Source: Octopus vulgaris (taxonomy: Eukaryota). From it: DNA of 64,000 bases. Positions within the stretch are counted from its first letter, which is position 1, and each line of letters begins with the position of its first letter. Below the pieces are notes generated by a model. The model saw only the letters and a list, made by a program, of their open reading frames with translations, made no database searches and was not told the DNA's origin. Location: assembly GCA_951406725.2 (NCBI GenBank), contig OX597814.1, positions 27,590,001-27,654,000 of the forward strand, given 5' to 3'. The position numbers were made by a program, and so were the translations under genes. Positions 12,401-25,035 of this stretch are shown here, in pieces.

Positions 12401-12484
12401 CAGGGGTTGGATAAAATAATGGAAACACCTAGCATCATAGCATAATAATAATTTTTGAAATATCTATAAGACCGTCAAATATCT
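12401..12484 (+). mobile_element. Solo Tc1-like terminal inverted repeat fragment
   Basis: CAGGGGTTGGATAAAATAATGGAAACACC next to a TA tract resembles Tc1 termini. No partner end seen. Confidence 0.55.
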
Positions 12485-13178
12485 CTCCCCTCTCTCTCTC
12501 TTCCTTTCCTCCTCTCTCTCTCTTCCTTTCCTCCTCTCTCTCTCTTCCTTTCCTCCTCTCTCTCTTCCTTTCCTCCTCTCTCTCTCTACACACATGGGAA
12601 ATATGTGTGGATGTGTTACTAAGAGCCACACGACTACGCCCACGTCTACCACTGACATCAAATACAATAATAACAATCAGAAGAATTTGTCATCTATCCA
12701 TTTCAGTACTCCCTCTCACTATGTGTCTAATTACAGTTACTTGGCGTGTGTATATGCGTGAAAAAATATATGTAGTTTTGTGTTTGGTCGTAAATGCATT
12801 TCTCCGCATCTATTATCCTTGACTCCGTCTCTCTATATCTCGCTCGTTAACTTGGGAGTTTTACTCTGAAAATTACTCTAAAATAGCTCTAAATGTTTCC
12901 CTTACTCAGAATCAAATTATTTTGCTATACTGCTCTATTAATAAAACATCATCATTTGTGTGTGTGTGTGTGTGTGTGTGTCTGCGTAACATACGTGTGC
13001 CCACCGCGCGTATGAGTGTGTGTTTGCGCGCATGCGTATGTACACACACACATATAAGTATGCATACGTATATAAGTGGGCATATATGTGTGCATATGTG
13101 CGTGTGTATATGTGTACATATACATCTATATGTATGCACAAATATATATAAAGTAATCAACAGGTTGTACGGAGTGCC

Positions 13179-13216
<38 letters not shown>

Positions 13217-13218
<2 letters not shown>

Positions 13219-13582
13219 GCGCAGGAGTGGCTGTGTGGTAAGTAGCTTGCCTACCAACCACATGGTTCTGGGTTCAGTCCCACTGCGTGGCATCTTGGGC
13301 AAGTGTCTTCTGCTATAGCCTCGGGCCGACCAATGCCTTGTGAGTGGATTTGGTAGACGGAAACTGAAAGAAGCCTGTCGTATATATGTATATGTATGTA
13401 TGTATATGTTTGTGTGTCTGTGTTTGTCCCTCTAGCATTGCTTGACAACCGATCACTTAGCGGTTCGGCAAAAGAGACCGATAGAATAAGTACTGGGCTT
13501 ACAAAGAATAAGTTCCGGGGTCGATTCGTTCGACTAAAGGCGGCCGCAGTCAAATGACTGAACCAAGTAAAAGAGTAAAAGA

Positions 13583-13584
<2 letters not shown>
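13217..13584 (+). mobile_element. SINE family A with two short internal deletions
   Basis: Near-identical to 63644-64000; tail (GAGTAAAA)n; inserted in (TA)n. Confidence 0.95.
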
Positions 13585-13648
<64 letters not shown>

Positions 13649-15106
13649 TGTGTATGTACATATATCTATATGCGTACATGTATATGCATATATCTGTGTG
13701 GTGATTGCTCCACCTTCAAAGATGATTCCCGTTTCCTTGTGCTTCTTCGTTGTCAGTAGCATTTCCAACTCCGTCCGTGAACTCTCTGACGACTATTCGG
13801 TTTCGTTGCAGATCTCCATGGCTTGAAGCATAGACAACAAACGAAAGTCGTAACTTTCTGTGTGCTTCAAAACTGGTTAGGTCTTTACTCGTCATCACTC
13901 TTCCATTGCCAGAGGACAAATGGGGTCACCATAAAGAGAGACATCTGTCCGTCATAGTATTATAGCAATAAACGTTTGCATAACACGAGAGTAACACTCT
14001 CTGAGTTTCTGTGATCAGTAACTAGTGAAAGGCCGAAACCAGAAAACCAGCAATTATGTGAAACCGCAGGTTTTACGTCAATGTGTCCCTCATTTAGAAA
14101 TATGGTGTGACAAGAGCAAGGACTTCTTAGCTGTTATTAGTAAAATAATTGCTAAATTTCTTAATTGCTTGAATTATAGAAGGTCTGAATTCCTTTTTCC
14201 TTCTCTCTATTTATTGTGATAAGAAGGTTGCCATTTTATTTTCCTATATCTCTTTCCTAATTTTAATTTTTGTTGCTTTTAGTTTGTCGTGATTTCATTT
14301 TTTAAATTTTGTTTTGGTTCTATCTTCATTTTGTATTGGTGTAATTTACTCTACCTTCCTCTTTAAGAAATACATCTTAGTTTTACTATTGCAGCAGTAC
14401 CAATAGTCCTATAATTTCGGATTATACTGTAAATCTTGTGTTGTTCCTTTACTTGTAATAGTTTTTTTTTTCTTCTAATCCCTAATTACTAGTTTGAACC
14501 TTACTGCTGTCTATTACTGTCAATAATTACGTTCATATTCATGTCAAATATATAGATTTCGATACTTCGGTTTTAAAATATTTGGCAGCTGACTTTTGAT
14601 TTGTATATTTACATATACTTTGCCTGACAAGTTTTCCAAAATATAGTGTTAATCACCAATAGCCTGCTCCTAACCACAAGGAAGTTGTGGGGTGTCAAAG
14701 TTCTTTACTGAATGTCAATACTATTCACCTGTGTTAAGAGCCAACAATGGCTTAAGATTGATAGCTAAAAATAGATAACCTAGTTCTGTATAAAAAGTAC
14801 CACACTAACTAAATTCATTCCTTTTTCTTTTTCTTTGGCAATAGATTTGTTTTGGCTATGAAGAAGATAGCTTTGGTTCCCTATATTTTTAGTTGATAAA
14901 TCGATCAATTAATAAGATTGAACCGTGAATGCACTTAAACACCTATTTGAAACAGCTGTAAACATGTAATAAATAAATAAATAGATATTTCTGTCTCTTT
15001 TATGTTTTACTCTGTAAAAACATAGTGTCTTAACTGGGCATTGGAACCAGGAATTAACAAATGGACATTGATTTGAGTTACCTCGAGTGCAATACCGATC
15101 AGAACA

Positions 15107-15509
15107 TTTACTCTTTTTTTCTCTTTTACTCTTTTACTTGTTTCAGTCATTTGACTGCGGCCATGCTGGAGCACCGCCTTTAGTCGAGCAACTCGACCCC
15201 GGGACTTATTCTTTTTGTAAGCCCAGTACTTATTCTATCGGTCTCTTTACGGGGACGTAAACACACCAGCATCGGTTGTCAAGCAATGCTAGGGGAACAA
15301 ACATAGACACACAAACACACACACATACATATATATATATACATACGACAGGCTTCTTTCAGTTTCCGTCTACCAAATCCACTCACAAGGCATTGGTCGG
15401 CCCGGGGTTATAGCAGAAGACACTTGTCCAAGATGCCACGCAGTGGGATTGAACCCGGAACCATGTGGTTGGTTAGCAAGCTACTTACCACACAGCCACT
15501 CCTGCGCCT
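15107..15509 (-). mobile_element. SINE family A, full length
   Basis: Reverse complement of the 13217 and 63644 copies, from tail TTTACTCTTTT to head CCTGCGCCT. Confidence 0.95.
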
Positions 15510-15599
15510 GTATATTTTTATCTGCAGAGAGTTTAAGTATTTCGCCTGGATTACTATCTCTTATTACCTCCTCTTTGTTTTGATATGTATAAAATGAAT

Positions 15600-15637
<38 letters not shown>

Positions 15638-15890
15638 ACAATTGGGCGGGTGGTAGCGGTAGAGAACGCAATGGGACACCAAACTGCCATTGCTCTCTCT
15701 CTCGGTTCACAGGAGGACTTAGATCCAGTATTGCACACCAACGGTATACACTAATCTGTTTCGCTATGAAACTGTTGATCTGTTATGACGAACCGTAAAA
15801 GTGTATAGTGGTTTACTTTACTCTCGGTGAAATTGGATATAGAGTACAGATTAGCAGTGATCGGACACACAAACTGTGAACATCTAGATT

Positions 15891-16273
15891 GTGGAGGCAC
15901 AATGGCCCAGTGGTTAGGGCAGCGGACTCGCGGTCGTAGGATCGCGGTTTCGATTCCCAGATCGGGCGTTGTGAGTGTTTATTGAGCGAAGACACCTAAA
16001 GCTCCACGAGGCTCCGGCAGGGGGTCGTGGTGATCCCTGCTGTACTCTTTCACCACAACTTTCTCTCACTCTTTCTTCCTGTTTCTGTTGAACCTGTATT
16101 TCAAAGGGCCGGCCTTGTCATTCTCTGTCACGCTGAATATCCCCGAGAACTACGTTAAGGGTACACCTGTCTGTGGAGTGCTCAGCCACTTACACGTTAA
16201 TTTCACGAGCAGGCTGTTCCGTTGATCGGATCAACCGGAACCCTCGTCGTCGGAACCGACGGAGTGCTTCCCA
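15891..16273 (+). mobile_element. tRNA-derived SINE family C, full length
   Basis: A box TGGCCCAGTGG, B box GTTTCGATTCC; 12-bp TSD AACATCTAGATT (15879-15890 and 16274-16285). Confidence 0.95.
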
Positions 16274-16483
16274 AACATCTAGATTAGTCATTAATTGTAG
16301 TTTCTTGCAAACATCAGTTAGTACCTGTTGAAGAACATCAACGATATTGATCTGGCCGCTTTAAGAAGCCCCCCGAAAGTCATGGAGAAGAGAGAGTTGG
16401 CAGTTCGCGGTAAATCAACGCCATCGAATTGTGTTCCTGACAAATGCATTTAATTTTCAATGGCTCAATCTACTTGGTTATCA

Positions 16484-16675
16484 ATCCTTTCTACTATTGG
16501 CACAAGGCTTGAAATTTGGAGCAGGGGGATAGTCGATTGCATCGATTCCAGTACTTAACTGGTACTTAATTTATCGACCCCGAAAGGATGAATGACAAAG
16601 TCGATCTCAGCGGCATTTGAACTCAGAACGTATGGACGAACGAAATGTCGCTAAGCATTTTGCCCAGCGTGCTAA
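16484..16675 (-). mobile_element. SINE family B
   Basis: GGTACTTAATTTATCGACCCCGAAAGGATGAA..TTTGAACTCAGAACG module. Confidence 0.85.
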
Positions 16676-16958
16676 AACATTGCATTACTGCTTTGTTAGG
16701 TTGTCATGTCGAATTAAAATATTTTTTTAAGTGCAGTTTGTCAGAAGCGAGAGATGAAGTAGGCTATGGGGAACTAACTTTGTGTATGCATGGTTGATGG
16801 AAAGATGAAAACAAAAAGTTTCAGGAATGTTTTAACAGTTCGCAGAGTAACTGAGTATTACAACAAGTTACTGGAAATATTCTGAACGCAGGTGAATGCA
16901 TTTATGAGTTTATGTGAGTGGATATGTATGTGTATACATGTGAGAAAGAGAAAGTGGG

Positions 16959-16996
<38 letters not shown>

Positions 16997-17694
16997 GTGA
17001 CAGGAAAAGAAGAATGATAAAAGGAGAGATGGAAAGAGAGAGAGAAGGAGAGAGAGGAGAGAGATGGGAGGCTGACAGTTGCACAAACAATAAAAAAAAA
17101 TCAGTGAAGATAACCAAATATTAATATACCGTGCATAAAAGATTAAACAGGCCCAACAAGTTAACCAGCTATCTGGTGGATTCGATCTGATAAACTGTAA
17201 CGAATTTTTTTAATGGAAGAAGCTACTTTATTCTCGATGAAGACAGAATCTCCGTCAGAGACAGTTTTTTTTTTTTACTTAACCTCCACCCCCAAACTAA
17301 GCCTATAAATCTTCTCATCATCTCCAGCTAGGGGTGGGGAGTGGGGGTGGGGAATGGGTGGTGGTGGTGAGAGCAGAACTGGATTAATGAACTTATATGA
17401 ATGACTGACTGTTTGTTAGAAAGATTGAATGAATGAAAGAATGATTGAATGAATGAATGAATGAATGAGTGAATGAATGAGTGAATGAATTAAAACCAAT
17501 GAATAAATAAATAAATAAATAAATAATAAAGCTAAATCAAAAATAAATAAATGAATAAGCGCAACACGACTCAAAACATAATGATAATAATGAAAACAAA
17601 AGCCACTACCAACAACAACAACTAAATACAGCAACCAATCATTGACGTCATCCATTCACTCACAATCGTATAACATCTGTGCTAGTTCAGTTTC

Positions 17695-17713
17695 GTAATG
17701 ATCATCGTCATCG

Positions 17714-17745
<32 letters not shown>

Positions 17746-18424
17746 GTCACCACCACCACCACCATCACCTCCGCCACCGCCATCGCCATCTTCTTCTTCT
17801 TCTTCTTCTTCTTCTTCTTCTTCTTCTTCTTCTTCTTCTTCTTCTTCTTCTTCTTCTTCTTCTCACTCCTCTCGCTAGACTTTTTACCCAACTTTTTTCA
17901 ATCCCTCCCACTCTATTTCTTCTCTCGTAATACTCTTGTCCAACCCACTCTAATCTTGTTTCCTCTGCCGTGCCACCCTCCCCTTCTCACCTTCCACCGA
18001 CACACCACTGTCCCTCCACCTACATTATCCAATACTACTATCACCATCACCATCACCATCACCACCACCTCCATCTCCACCGTATTCTTTGCCATCATCA
18101 CTTCCATTACCTCCATTCTCTCCCCTACCATCGCAATTACCTCCACCGCCTTCTCCATCATCCATCATTACTCGCCCCTCCATCATGATCATAATCATCA
18201 CCTCCACAACTACCATATCTCCTACTATCACTCCCCACCCCATCATTATCATCACCACCACCACCACCACCATAAACACGTTTCAGCTCCACCCCCACCT
18301 CAACTAAAATCCACCACCGTTTTGTCTTTCTGCCAGTAAGTTTTCTTCCAATTTTTCTCTCCTCCATATCTGAATCTGTCTTTCTTTTGTCTAATTGCCT
18401 GCCCGTTTGTCTGCTTGCCAGTCA

Positions 18425-18491
<67 letters not shown>

Positions 18492-18510
18492 TCTATATGT
18501 TTCATTATAT
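17695..18510. repeat. Compound simple repeats (CAT)n, (CAC)n, (CTT)n, (CTGT)n, (CT)n
   Basis: Directly visible; these explain the homopolymeric ORFs at 17679-18339. Confidence 0.95.
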
Positions 18511-18787
18511 CACTGCCTCTCTCTCTCTCTCTCTTTGCAATTATCTGTCTGTTTACCTGATCGTCTTTCTTCTGCCTGTTTAATTGTACTTTCTTTATGT
18601 TTCGTGTGGCTCTCCTTCTGATCTGTATAGGAGCAGGAATGGCTGTGTGGCTGAGAAGTTCACTTCGCTGCCATATGTTCCGGTTTCAATCCCATTGCAT
18701 GGAACGTTAAGTGATTTCTATACTGTATCCTTAGGTTGTCTAATACCTTGTGAGCAGAATCAGATCGACAGAAAACACAATAAGTAG

Positions 18788-18853
<66 letters not shown>

Positions 18854-19145
18854 TTCGAAACGTAGAGTAGATGAAACCTTAGCGACTGAAGAAGGGGTTT
18901 TTTCGTTGTGCTACTTGTCCTGTACTCCATTTTTTCTTGTCCTGTTCCTTGGTTTGTGTCTATGTTTTTCGTCTCTCTATGTGTTCGACGTCTTTTTGGT
19001 ATCCTGTACACATATATGCGTGTATATGTACATGTAGAGGTAGGTACGTACATATATATATGTACATGTAGAGTATATATATGTACATGTAAGTAGGTAC
19101 GTACATATATGTTTATATATATGCATATGTTCTATTCTGTTATTA

Positions 19146-19205
<60 letters not shown>

Positions 19206-19800
19206 TTTACTTGCTTCAGTCATTAGGCTGCAGCCATGTTGGGGTACCACCCTGAAGCTCTAGCTGAACAAACCGACCCCAGAAACTTTTATTTTTTAAA
19301 GTCTGGTACTAATTCTATCGGTTTCTTTTTGTCGAACCGCTAGGTTACGGGGACGTAAACAAAACAAACCTGTTATCAAGCGGTGGTGGGAGACAAACAC
19401 AAACACTAAGACACACACACACACACACACGCACGCACGTGCGCGCGCGCACATACTCGCACACATATATGCACACAAAGTGACGAAAGCGATCCTTGAT
19501 GAGTCTCAAATGAATGACGAAACCTGTTGACTTTCAGCTGCCCAAACTCCCGTGGTTTATCCATACAGTTTATATTTTCACAGCGCGGATAAACATATGT
19601 TTGTCAAATACATTGTATGTAAATCCAAACACAATACTACCTACCGTCACTTAGCGGTTCGGCAAAAGAGACCGATAGAATAAGTACTGGGCTTACAAAG
19701 AATAAGTCCCGGGGTCGAGTTGCTCGATTAAAAGGTGGTGCTCCAGCATGGCCGCAGTCAAATAACTGAAACAAGTAAAGGAGAAAAGAGAAAAGAGAAA
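19206..19800. mobile_element. Two SINE family A 3' halves (minus 19206-19475, plus 19645-19800) flanking a short hammerhead-like insert
   Basis: Family A tail motifs in both orientations. TTGATGA-GTC..GAC-GAAAC at 19496-19523 lies between them. Confidence 0.75.
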
Positions 19801-19963
19801 CCTACCTACCTACCTATATACCTACCTACCTACATACCTACCTACATACATACATACATACATACATACATACATACATACATACATACATACATACATA
19901 CATACTTACCTACATACCTACCTACCTACCTACCTACCTACCTACCTACATACCTACTTATAT

Positions 19964-20180
19964 ACATAGTTAATCCAAACAAGAAAGCACAAAAAAAACC
20001 GCAACAACGCGAGGACGTGGAACAAATATAGTATTATTGGACGCTCAGGAAAGAAGGAATGAAGGAGGGCTTAACGTTTCGAGCGGAGCTGTTCGTCGGA
20101 AACATAGGAGAAGGAAAGATCCAGAGAAGGGAAGACAGAGAAAAAAAATCGCCAACAGTACACACGAGGTCACATTTTGA
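19964..20180 (-). mobile_element. Microsatellite-embedded element with a hammerhead-like motif (20069-20103)
   Basis: Homologous to 4864-5056. Minus strand GTTT-CCGACGA-A-CAGC-TCC-GCTC-GAAA-C-GTT-AAGC. Confidence 0.7.
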
Positions 20181-20207
20181 AATACATACATACATACATA
20201 AATACAT

Positions 20208-20244
<37 letters not shown>

Positions 20245-20507
20245 TAAGCAAACAGACTGACAGACTGGCGTACGAATATATATATATAGATACGTACGTA
20301 CATACACCCGAGTTGTAGTGCGCGGGCGCACGTGTCTTTCAAATAGATATTGGCGAAAAAGCGGCGATCTTCAGAGTCCTTGTTGATAACAAATCCTTTG
20401 CACCGATTCGCAAATGTTTCTTTTTCACTCTCAACATCAGAAATACTGTGAACCAATATTCAGACCATAGGAAACATGAGCGCAACGACGGCATTGTTTA
20501 GAAATAA

Positions 20508-20901
20508 ATGGGGGAAGCACTCCGTCGGTTCCGACGATGAGGGTTCCGGTTGATCCGAATCAACGGAACAGCCCGCTCGTGAAATTAACGTGTAAGTGGC
20601 TGAGCACTCCACAGACACGTGCACCCTTAACGTAGTTCTCGGGGATATTCAGCGTGACACAGAGAGTGACAAGGCCGGCCCCCTGAAACACAGGTACAAC
20701 AGAAACAGGAAGTAAGAGTGAGAGAAAGTTGTGGTGAAAGAGTACAGCAGGGATCACCACCATCCTCTGCCGGAGCCTTGTGGAGCTTTCTTTTAGGTGT
20801 TTTCGCTCAATAAACACTCACAACACCCGATCTGGGAATCGAAACCGCGATCCTATGACCGCGAGTCCGCTGCCCCAACCACTGGGCCATTGCGCCTCCA
20901 C
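20508..20901 (-). mobile_element. SINE family C, full length
   Basis: Reverse complement of 15891-16273; 10-bp TSD TTAGAAATAA (20498-20507 and 20902-20911). Confidence 0.95.
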
Positions 20902-21153
20902 TTAGAAATAAGTAACGCCTGTCTCTTTCAGATTCTATCTCTGTCTGGCTGTCTGTCTGCTTGCCTGTCTGTCTCCCTCGCAGATTGTATCTTCGCCGCG
21001 CCTTCTTTCTCAGATTCTGTCTTTATCTCTACCTTCTTTTCCTTCTTCTGTCCTCTGATTCTCTCCCTTTACATTTTTCTCTATCGCTTTGTTTGTCTCT
21101 ATCTCTGACTGTCTTTTTTTCTATCTCCCTCGGTCTGTCACTTTCAGATTATA

Positions 21154-21558
21154 TTACTCTTTTACTCTTTTTACTTGTTTCAGTCATTTGACTGCGGCCA
21201 TGCTGGAGCACCGCCTTTAATCGAGCAACTCGACCCCGGGACTTATTCTTTGTAAGCCCAGTACTTATTCTATCGGTCTCAGTTGCCGAACCGCTAAGTG
21301 ACGGGGACATAAACACACCAGCATCGGTTGTCAAGCAATGCTAGGGGGACAAACACAAACATACACGCACACACACATATACATATATATACATATATAT
21401 GACGAGCTTCTTTCAGTTTCCGTCTACCAAATCCACTCACAAGGCTTTGGTCGGCCCGAGGCTATAGTAGAAGACACTTGCCCAAGGTGCCACGCAGTGG
21501 GACTGAACCCGGAACCATGTGGTTCGTAAACAAGCTACTTACCACACAGCCACTCCTG
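21154..21558 (-). mobile_element. SINE family A
   Basis: Near-identical to 15107-15509. Confidence 0.95.
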
Positions 21559-21784
21559 TATCTCAGTTTTTCTATATGACTTTGTGTGTCTATCCTCTTT
21601 CAGGTTATATCTATCAGTCTGTCCACTTGGCAACCTGTTTCATTTTGATAATTTTTGTTTGTCCTTTTTTTTTTATGAAGGTTTCTCTATGAGACTCTTG
21701 TAGTTATACTATTATCTGTTTTTCGGACTCTTTTAAATTATCGTGGTGTGTTTATCTGTTTGTCTCTACCTCTTTTATTGATAA

Positions 21785-22796
21785 CTGGCATTATGACCCG
21801 GCGTTGCTGGGTCATAGTGCTAGTGCATGTATATATGTGTATATATATGTGTGCATCTATATATATACATCTACACATAAAATACAAAATACAAAGTTAT
21901 ATCTTGATATCGCTAGTGATAACAATATTCAAAATATATAACAAACTGGAATTGTAGGCCCGTCTCTTGCAATTTCGATCAATTGTATCTTGTCCTCCCT
22001 CTTGTATAGAAGTGTGGCTACAATCCAGCCTACCTCTACTTCGGGGGGGGGGGGGGGGGGCATTTTAAATTTTTTTCCGGGACATCCTACGTCCCAGATA
22101 TAAAGGTAAAAATAAAATATTTCCACTTTGCAAGTTCGAGTCGAGTACTCCCTTGCACGCTCCGTTGACTCGAACCTTGCTTCTATTGTGGCGAATTTAC
22201 CGCCTCTGGTTAGATATCTTTCATAGTCACACCAAGACACTTTTCGCTAGTGCTTTCCTTCAGGTGTTCAAATCTTTTTTTTCTCTACATTGTATACTTT
22301 ATAGACAATAGTCTTTTCTTTAATTTAATGGACTATTCCATTTCTGCGCATTAATTCTATTTTTAATTTATTCCCATTCATGTGAAACCACTTATTCAAG
22401 TTCAAGTCATTGATGCAATTTTATACCAATTGCTATTTTTACTTTTGTTATGTTACGATTATATTATACTTTAGTTTGATTTTAATTATTACTTACTATA
22501 TATAATTCAATTGTTATTATTATTTTTATTGTTAAAGCGAAAGTATCTGACATAAAATAGAGAAATGTTTTTGTTTCACTTTTAACACGTAATACTGAAA
22601 TAGTGGAGAAGATATGATATTGCTGTGGGCTCGCCCTAGGCAAGAAGTTGAACATTTTTTTTGCCTATGAAACTACATGGACCCTAAGTAAGGCATGTGT
22701 AAAATTTGAATGAAATTGGTTGTGTAGTTCTCAAGTTTTAGGGAAACACACAGACAGACAGACAGACACACATTCTCAGTTTTATATATAGAGAGA
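21785..22796 (-). mobile_element. Non-autonomous Helitron-like element
   Basis: Minus strand begins A|TCTCTCTATATATAAAA with a (CTGT)n tract and ends with a GC hairpin (GACCCGGCGTTGCTGGGTC) and CCAG|T. No TSD. Confidence 0.75.
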
Positions 22797-23650
22797 TTTC
22801 TTTTCTCTTGCCGTTGGTCTGTGTGTCACTTTCTCTAATTGATTTTCAGTCAGTATCATTATCTACGCACTTAGCTTTTATTTTATTTCGTTTTGGAAAA
22901 GTTATAGGAACAAAAAAAAAAAAAAAGCAATGAAAAATATTGAACAAGAGCATGTAACTAGCAATATATAATTAGTTTAACGCTGAAAAGAAAAGAAATA
23001 AGAATTGTGTTCAACATTTCGGACAATAGTTCTTCGATAGGAGAACAAAAAAGAAAAAAATAATCAGAATTTTTGAAGAAGAGAAATAGAAAGATTAAGG
23101 CACCAAACAACATCTTACCTTTTTTCTTACCAAATAAAGGGAAGTTTGTCCTGAGTTAAGACGAGAGAGGTCTAACATTTCTATCAAGATTATAATTAGA
23201 GAGAAATATTTTACTCCCCAGTTTTTAATTAAGAATAGTTCAATTTAGTAGACACACTTAAAATTTTTTCTTCTCCTTTATGTTTTAATTAAAAAATTTA
23301 ATAAAGCTGGCAAAAATTTGAGAATTATATTTTCCCCTATAATTTGTAATTAGAAAATTTCAATAAAATTTACAAAACTTAGAAATATTTTTCTTCCGGA
23401 TATTTTTTATAATTAAAACTAGTTTAATAAAGTTGACAAAACTAGAAATTTCATGATTTAGATGGCAACATGATAGAGTCATCAGAGAACTGAAATAAAT
23501 ACCTCACAGTATTTTATAGGAAAGGGTTTAAGATGACCTCGGTATGGACTTCAATGAAATGAAATACGCCACATTTTTTTTAGGGATAATTCTAATGAAC
23601 AATTACAAATAGATTATACGAGATACACATTAAATCGTTTAATAAAGTGT

Positions 23651-24038
23651 TTTTTGAAGCACTCCGTCGGTTACGACGACGAGGGTTCCGGTTGATCCGA
23701 ATCAACGAACAGCCTGCTCGTGAAATTAACGTGTAAGTGGCTTTGCACTCCACAGACACGTGTACCCATAACGTAGTTCTCGGGAATATTCAGCGTGACA
23801 CAGAGAGTGACAAGGCCGGCCCTTTGAAATACAGGTACAACAGAAACAGGAAGAAAGAGTGAGAGAAAGTTGTGGTGAAAGAGTATAGCAGGGATCACCA
23901 CGACCCCCTGCCGGAGCATCGTGGAGCTTTAGGTGTTTTCGCTCAATAAACACTCACAACGCCCGGTCTGGGAATCGAAACCGCGATCCTATGACCACGA
24001 GTCCGCTGCCCTAACCACTGGGCCATTGTGCCTCCACG
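23651..24038 (-). mobile_element. SINE family C, full length
   Basis: 11-bp TSD TAATAAAGTGT (23640-23650 and 24039-24049). Confidence 0.95.
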
Positions 24039-24087
24039 TAATAAAGTGTAATCTAATGAGGAATAATATTATATAATATATATCCAT

Positions 24088-24544
24088 AGGGCGTAGGAGT
24101 GGCAGTGTGAATAGGCGCAGGAGTGGCTGTATGGTAAGTAGCTTGCATACCAACCACATGGCTCCAGGTTCAGTCCCTCTGCGTGGCGCTTTGGGCATGT
24201 GTCTTCTACTATAGCTTCGGGCCGACCAAAGTCTTGTGAGTGGATTTTGTCGATGGAAACTGAAAGAAGCCCGTCGTTTATACATGCATACATACATAAA
24301 TAATACACACACACACACACACACATATATCTGTGTCTGTGTGTGTCTGTGTGTGTGTTTGTGTATGTTTGTGTGCCTGTCGCCTGACAACCGATGCTGG
24401 TGTGCTTACATTTCCGTAACTTAGCGGTTCAGCAAAAGAATACTAGGCTTACAAAGAATGTGTCCTGGGGTGGATTAGCTCGACTAAAGGCGGTGCTCCA
24501 GCATGGACGCAGTCAAATGACTGAAACAAATAAAAGAATAAAAG
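24088..24544 (+). mobile_element. SINE family A with a tandemly duplicated 5' end
   Basis: AGGGCGTAGGAGTGGCAGTGTG (24088) precedes AGGCGCAGGAGTGGCTGTATGG (24113); tail ACAAATAAAAGAATAAAAG. Confidence 0.9.
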
Positions 24545-24589
24545 CATCCAATGGATACATCATCATCATCATCGTCGTCGTCGTCATCA

Positions 24590-24808
24590 AAGGCCAAGGT
24601 TGACTTTGCTGTTCATCTTTTCGGGGTCGATAAAATATGTACCAGTCAATAAAAATAAGTACCAGTCAACTGGGGTCAATGTCGTCGAATAGACCCCATC
24701 CTCAAAATTTTAGGCCTTGTGGCAGAATTGTTAGCGCGCCGGACAAAATGCTTAGCAGCATTTCGTTCGTAATTTACGCTCAGAGTTTAAATTCCGCCGA
24801 GGTCAAAT
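24590..24808 (+). mobile_element. Two SINE family B fragments
   Basis: GGTTGACTTTGC..TTCATC..TCGGGGTCGATAAAAT, followed by head GGCAGAATTGTTAGCGCGCCGG..AATTCCGCCGAGGTC. Confidence 0.8.
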
Positions 24809-25035
24809 TGCACCAATTATCAGAGGAACAATTGTTGCTTTTGGCATTAGCACTCTCTTCATATATCGGGCTAGGTCTTGATATTTTCCAGTTTTCTCAA
24901 TTTCTTTTCTGTCCACTCTGTTACCACATAAGTATTCTCTTCTTCTCTTGGAAGAAGGCCCGAAACTTTGGAGGGGGGGGGGGGAGGCAGTCGATTAGAT
25001 CGACCCTAGTACGCAACTGGTACTTAATTTATCGT

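Noticed and set aside
15891-15965. tRNA-like sequence with A and B boxes
   Set aside because: It is the head of a multicopy SINE with TSDs; the acceptor stem is not intact, so it is not a tRNA gene.
17150-17265. Possible + strand exon AQQVNQLSGGFDLIN..
   Set aside because: No polypyrimidine tract, an in-frame TAA at 17211, and no recognisable domain.
17679-18339. Long His/Leu/Ile/Phe/Lys homopolymer ORFs
   Set aside because: Translations of triplet microsatellites that are open in several frames.
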